Below, in pieces: positions 59,429 to 64,000 of a stretch of DNA of 64,000 bases; the first letter of the stretch is position 1; every line of letters begins with the position of its first letter. The notes beneath the pieces were generated by a model. It saw nothing but the letters and a program-made list of their open reading frames with translations, was not told the origin of the DNA and searched no databases. A program made the position numbers and the translations under genes. This stretch comes from Candidatus Poribacteria bacterium (GTDB lineage Bacteria > Poribacteria > WGA-4E > PCPOR2b), in the NCBI GenBank assembly GCA_965116925.1, contig OZ220744.1:2688001-2752000 (forward strand), given 5' to 3'.

Positions 59429-61381
59429 TCATTTTCCTACCACGATAACGCCGTTGTGGACTTCGACCTGATCGCCAGTTTTCAGCCGAATCTGGTAGAT
59501 ATAGGGACCGATGTTCACGATTTCTCCCGCCTCATCCCTACCGTCCCATTCGACACTCATTGTGTTAGAACTCATTGCCGTTTGATTCACTAAGGTTCGG
59601 ATAAGTTTATTATGGAGATCAAAAATTTCAACGACCGGCTCCGTCCCCCCGATGTGGGATGTGTTGTGATTGACGATTGTTAAACGGGTTCGATCGGCGA
59701 TCCCATTTCCGTCGGGTGAGAACGGGTTAAAGCTCCACACAGCCTGAATCTGTGATGGAACTGCCTGAAACAGGGCAACTTGAGAGATGAAATTAAGTTC
59801 TATACGGACGATCCCCCGATTCAAGTCAATTTCGCCGCCCACCAACTGCCATTCTTGCGCGGACGCATCCCAAGCAAAGATTTTCAGATCCGCTTCTCGC
59901 GTAATGTTTGCAACTATCAGATCGGAAGGGTGATAGGCTAATTCAAGTAGCGCAGGACGTTCAAGAATAAGATGCTCAAAGGGGTCAAATGACACAATTT
60001 TCGCGCCTGATACATCAAAAAACTCGACTTCGTTGAGTTGGAGATTATTCGCCTGCTTGCTCTCCGCGATTTCGAGGCGAAAGTAACGAGCAGAAGGTCG
60101 GGTTGGTAGTTCAATGGTCGTAACTTGATCGTCGAAGGCCGTGACCTCAAGAATGCTTGTAAAATTTTCGTTGTCGTCTGATGTGAGGAGTGTCGCACGC
60201 TGTGGTCCAAAGGAGGTTTCCCCTTCCACGTTAGCGTGCACAACGATACGGCTGACGGTGCGTTGAACCTCAAGATCAATTGTCAGGCTGACAGGTAGCG
60301 GCACAAGCCCTGCAACCCACGTAGATGGTGGTTCCAAGATACCATCCACGGCGAAAGTTGGGGGTTGATCATGCAGTGCACTTGTCGCTTCAGCAGCAAA
60401 TACACCTTGGCGAAGTGCTTCAAAGCGGTACACAACCACTGGCCCTGTTCCTTTAACAATGCGACTGTTGCCCCGATAGGTGAATGGATTAACCGTTTCA
60501 GGCGGCACCGAAAAAAATTGTAGTTTCGTAATGCGTTCGTCAAAAGCCACCGCCGGAATGACAACGGTTGCTCGGTCACCATCACTCAAGGTGAAAACCC
60601 CGCCTTCAGCTGCATCAGGATTTAGCTCCGGAAGATAAGAGAGGGAAATCATTTCTCGGTCCACAGTGTTCGGTGAATCCGGATCCGATGGTGCTAGTTC
60701 CCTAGCAGTCATCGAAAGTCGGTTCACGCCGGCTTCTAGCATCACCTTTATAGAAAAACTTGCACAGTAGGGTCCAGTCAGATTTGGGGGACAGGCATCT
60801 GCTAGGAGCAGCCGAATTGCGATGGACTGGATCTGCCCCTGTATAACTCGATCGTTCGTGTCTAAGAACTGAATTGACTCAATCGCAATTGGTTTAATCT
60901 GCCATCCTTCTATCATCTCAATTTGGATGAATTGTGCGGAGGCGGCTGATGGAAAGTCAACAACAGTGGTGTCGAAATTGGGATCTATGCCCGATGGAAT
61001 GTTGAAGGGTTGACTGGGGGAGAAATTGGTGCCAGCTTGAGAGAACGCAAGACGTGCCAATCGGGGACCGCGTGGGAGCCCTTGATCAACTACATGTCGA
61101 ATCAGCATTCCCTTGAGCTCCTGTGTGCTTCCAAGATCTACGATGACTCCATAAATGGAGTGTGTCAGTTGCGCGAGATCTGGGATACCGCCGGGCGTGT
61201 TGGTCGAAACGATAACTTCCCCTCCGGCTGAGGACTCAACGATTCCTTTGATTTCCACTGTTTGATTGTTGGTCGTGAAATCGGTAGCCGGGCTGAAAAT
61301 AGAGAGATTCGTCCGAGCTACTAATTCGCCGGCACTTAGGAGGATGAGGATAATTGAGGGAAGGGAGAGGTAAAATCGCAT
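59429..61381 (-). CDS. Secreted protein with discoidin/F5-8-like domains and FlgD/CHU_C-like tail
   Basis: Signal peptide; IDL..; ARYFRL.I..EVEFF; NPFSPDGNG..WDGRD..G..YIY. Confidence 0.7.
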   Translation of the reverse strand: MRFYLSLPSIILILLSAGELVARTNLSIFSPATDFTTNNQTVEIKGIVESSAGGEVIVSTNTPGGIPDLAQLTHSIYGVIVDLGSTQELKGMLIRHVVDQGLPRGPRLARLAFSQAGTNFSPSQPFNIPSGIDPNFDTTVVDFPSAASAQFIQIEMIEGWQIKPIAIESIQFLDTNDRVIQGQIQSIAIRLLLADACPPNLTGPYCASFSIKVMLEAGVNRLSMTARELAPSDPDSPNTVDREMISLSYLPELNPDAAEGGVFTLSDGDRATVVIPAVAFDERITKLQFFSVPPETVNPFTYRGNSRIVKGTGPVVVYRFEALRQGVFAAEATSALHDQPPTFAVDGILEPPSTWVAGLVPLPVSLTIDLEVQRTVSRIVVHANVEGETSFGPQRATLLTSDDNENFTSILEVTAFDDQVTTIELPTRPSARYFRLEIAESKQANNLQLNEVEFFDVSGAKIVSFDPFEHLILERPALLELAYHPSDLIVANITREADLKIFAWDASAQEWQLVGGEIDLNRGIVRIELNFISQVALFQAVPSQIQAVWSFNPFSPDGNGIADRTRLTIVNHNTSHIGGTEPVVEIFDLHNKLIRTLVNQTAMSSNTMSVEWDGRDEAGEIVNIGPYIYQIRLKTGDQVEVHNGVIVVGK

Positions 61382-61460
61382 ATTTTTATCTGTGTAATGC
61401 GTAAAACGTGAAACGTAAAAACATCCGCGAATAAACGTGAAAAAAAGAGTGTTGGTTCAT

Positions 61461-61568
61461 TATAGTGAATTCAAAAAATAAAGAAACACTTGCGCCACCC
61501 CTGTTTGGTAGGCGCTGTTTATAACTGCGCCGATTTGGAGTGTCTCATTAATTCTAAGGTCCACTATA
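61461..61568. mobile_element. 108-bp Correia-like MITE containing a REP hairpin
   Basis: TATAGTGAATT...GTCCACTATA ends; partial inverted copy at 49930-49996. Confidence 0.65.
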
Positions 61569-61603
61569 GTTCATTGGTTCATTAAAACAAGTCGACAACA
61601 CCT

Positions 61604-61768
61604 GTAGGTCGAGATTCATATCTCGACATCTTCATACTGTGATCACAGGTTGGGAAACCTGTGACTACGAAAGACTATTGATTTTGAAAAATCAGTCTCC
61701 AGCAGGGCAACCACAAGGGTTACCCCTACAGGAGTTATCCAATGTAGGGGCAGGTCTTGTGCCTGCCC
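61604..61768. repeat. Cluster of GTAG REP hairpins
   Basis: GTAGGTCGAGATTCATATCTCGAC; GGGCAACCACAAGGGTTACCCCTAC; GTAGGGGCAGGTCTTGTGCCTGCCC. Confidence 0.75.
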
Positions 61769-61820
61769 AAAACCTGACACGCAATTTATCTCACTCGCTG
61801 GTACGCGAACTGCGATGTGA

Positions 61821-62981
61821 TTAGAGTGCTTGTTGATACAGGTTGATCATGTCACCCTCGGTGCAAGGGCGAGGATTGGTCAGGTGGCACTGATCCGCCA
61901 CTGCCTGCTGCGCGAGGCGAGGAATCATTTCTGCCGTCACATTGACCTCTCGCAAATGCGACGGAATGCCGATATCTTTGCACAGCTGCGTGACCTGATC
62001 TATTGCGGCTTGTGCGGCTTCCTCTGGTGGTAGGGGGTGGGTATTCACGCCAAATGCCGCAGCGATGTCCCTTAATTGATCCGTTGCAGCATTTTTGTTA
62101 AACGCCATTGTGTATGGAAGGAGAATCGCGTTTGCAAGCCCGTGGTGTAGGTCGGTGAGGGTCGAAAGCGGGTGTGCTAGTGAATGGGTGACACCTAGTT
62201 CTTTCTGAAACGCGATGGCACCCATCATCGCCGCCATCATCATCGCACCACGCGCTTCAAGGTCACTGCCATTTTCGACAGCACGACGTAGGTTCTGAGC
62301 GACGAGTTTTACACCGGCGAGGGCGATCCCATCGCAAATCGGGTGATAGACGGTGGAGAGGTAGGATTCGAGATTGTGGGTGAGTGCGTCCATCCCTGTC
62401 GCAGCGGTCAAGGACTTGGGCAATCCGACGGTCAATTCTGGATCTACGATAGCGGTTTTGGGAAGTAGGTGGGGACTAAACACCAACGCCTTGCGCTCCA
62501 GCGATTTTATTGTAACAACTGCCCCTCGTCCCACCTCACTCCCGGTCCCCGCAGCGGTTGGAATGGCGAGCATCGACGGTAGGTCGGACGAGATTTTCTC
62601 CAATCCCCCGTTGAGGACTTCGTATTCCGCTAGCGGTAGGGGATGGGTCGCCTTCAAGCAGATGAGCTTGGCGACATCTAGCGGACTTCCACCGCCCATG
62701 CCAATTACAAAATCGCAGCCCTCCTTCTGGAAAATCTCCACACCGTCGAACACATCCGCTTCGACCGGATTGCCGTGGACGCCGTCGTAGATTGCGTAGT
62801 CGATTCGCGCTGCTTCGAGTCGATGCGTTATTTTATCTGCTAGTCCTACTTGGCGAATCCCGTTATCCGTTACCACTAACACTTTCTGGGGCGAGAATGG
62901 CGAGAGTTGTTCGGCAAGTGTGTCAATTGTCCCGACGCCGAAGATGATTCTGTTAGGAAAACTGAAGGTGGAAGGGGACAT
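61821..62981 (-). CDS. Iron-containing alcohol dehydrogenase
   Basis: GGGSPLD.AK, PTAAGTGSE, GMDALTH..E, HSLAH, HHG.AN. Confidence 0.93.
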   Translation of the reverse strand: MSPSTFSFPNRIIFGVGTIDTLAEQLSPFSPQKVLVVTDNGIRQVGLADKITHRLEAARIDYAIYDGVHGNPVEADVFDGVEIFQKEGCDFVIGMGGGSPLDVAKLICLKATHPLPLAEYEVLNGGLEKISSDLPSMLAIPTAAGTGSEVGRGAVVTIKSLERKALVFSPHLLPKTAIVDPELTVGLPKSLTAATGMDALTHNLESYLSTVYHPICDGIALAGVKLVAQNLRRAVENGSDLEARGAMMMAAMMGAIAFQKELGVTHSLAHPLSTLTDLHHGLANAILLPYTMAFNKNAATDQLRDIAAAFGVNTHPLPPEEAAQAAIDQVTQLCKDIGIPSHLREVNVTAEMIPRLAQQAVADQCHLTNPRPCTEGDMINLYQQAL

Positions 62982-63020
62982 GTAGTTATCCTTTTTCTGA
63001 TACGTGATGCGTAAGTTGGC

Positions 63021-63590
63021 TCATTGGTTTGCCAATCGTAGTTCTGCGGTTGTCTTTCCGCCGTGTTCGACAAGCACCTCAATAACGGCTTCATTGCCTT
63101 TCCGAATTGCATCGTCTAACGCGGTTTGGTCACGATCCCCCGTTGCCCGGCGGTTAATATCTACTCCGTGTGTTATAAGCAACAGCGCAGTTCTACGATA
63201 GGCATCTGAGTTTTCCTTGCCGCTGGTTGAGCCGCCTTGCGCTGCGGCGTGGAGTGCTGTTGTCATACCGAACGCATCTCCATTGACGTCTGCTCCATCT
63301 CCGAGTAGCAATTCAACGGCTTCGGCACACCCTGCATCCGCCGCCCAAGCGATCGGGGTTCGCCACCATTGGGCGCGACGTGAGTTGAGGTCTGCCCCTG
63401 ATTGAATGAGTCGCTCACACAGGCCGGTCATATTTCTGTGGGCTGCCCAATGCAGTGGTGTTGCCCCTCGGAGCACACCTTCTCGGAGCGATTCACCGAT
63501 GGCGAGTGCCGGTTGTTGTTCGATAAGTTCTTGTGCAGCTTGTTCATTCCCGTTGTCAATTGCATCGATCAGTTCATCTACAGATGCCAT
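63021..63590 (-). CDS. Ankyrin-repeat protein
   Basis: TPLHWAA, TPIAWAA, TALHAAA, TALDDA. Confidence 0.88.
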   Translation of the reverse strand: MASVDELIDAIDNGNEQAAQELIEQQPALAIGESLREGVLRGATPLHWAAHRNMTGLCERLIQSGADLNSRRAQWWRTPIAWAADAGCAEAVELLLGDGADVNGDAFGMTTALHAAAQGGSTSGKENSDAYRRTALLLITHGVDINRRATGDRDQTALDDAIRKGNEAVIEVLVEHGGKTTAELRLANQ

Positions 63591-63731
63591 ACTTTGCTCC
63601 AATGAAACTCTGGTTTTTATTCGCGTGATTCACGGACGTTTATTTTTTTTCACGAATCGACATGAATCTTTATTGTTGGTGTTGTAAACTTTCGTAACTC
63701 TGAAAGGATTATAATCAAAAGCTACCGGCTA

Positions 63732-63760
63732 AGTATAAGGGGACTGCGCGTAAATGTCAA
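63732..63760 (-). promoter_or_regulatory. Sigma-70 promoter for the ankyrin/ADH genes
   Basis: TTGACA-N17-TATACT. Confidence 0.65.
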
Positions 63761-63795
63761 CTATCTTTCAAAGTAGCGGAGGCACGGAAATTCTA

Positions 63796-63824
63796 TTGAC
63801 ACCAAATTGGGTCAGTGCTATAAT
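63796..63824 (+). promoter_or_regulatory. Consensus sigma-70 promoter, divergent from the previous one
   Basis: TTGACA-N17-TATAAT with extended TG. Confidence 0.75.
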
Positions 63825-63930
63825 GTGCAAACCACAGTTAGATTAGTACGCCGATTAAGCACTTATATCTAAAAAATTAACACTGATCCATGCTCAGAAT
63901 TTTCATCATTAAATTGACGGGAGGCGGACC

Positions 63931-64000
63931 GTGATAACGTCTTTCTTAGAAAAACCTGCTGATTCATCGCTTATGCCAATTCCAGAAACAGCGGTAAATA
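63931..64000 (+). CDS. 5' end of a gene running out of the window
   Basis: GGAGG then GTG, open frame to the window end. Confidence 0.45.
   Translation, partial: MITSFLEKPADSSLMPIPETAVN

Noticed and set aside
63779..63795. Sigma-54 promoter (AGGCACGGAAATTCT)
   Set aside because: Lacks the -12 GC; a consensus sigma-70 promoter lies directly downstream

Overview
Bacterial chromosomal segment, most likely Candidatus Poribacteria (a sponge symbiont). That assignment is inferred from the WD40/dockerin/'LLPNYPNPFNPETWIPY' FlgD-tail proteins, PhyH and Asp-box proteins, and TPR and ankyrin proteins. Housekeeping genes are tyrS, surE, nadK, recN, a fused indolepyruvate oxidoreductase, aroE, zapA, eda, folE and recA. 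They are interleaved with sugar/inositol catabolism genes (iolC, iolD, Gfo/Idh/MocA, HpcH aldolase, two sialidase-like proteins) and many accessory insertions. Main observations: (1) an ABC/AAA ATPase + PIN pair translationally coupled to an unannotated remnant resembling an hsdS C-terminus (candidate RM-linked defence module); (2) stacked TA-like cassettes between DUF368 and nadK, joined by duplicated ends of both neighbours; (3) an internally deleted Rpn gene leaving two RpnS-like tails; (4) a four-gene B-A-B-A WD40 array behind a consensus sigma-54 promoter, sitting between iolC and iolD; (5) a folE + PTPS-II-type + sepiapterin-reductase-like cluster (candidate BH4 pathway); (6) dense GTAG-type REP hairpins, several carried inside MITE shells (one family with 8-bp target duplications, one Correia-like). 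No rRNA, tRNA, CRISPR array, intact transposase or reverse transcriptase was recognised. All family calls come from motif recognition, not database searches.
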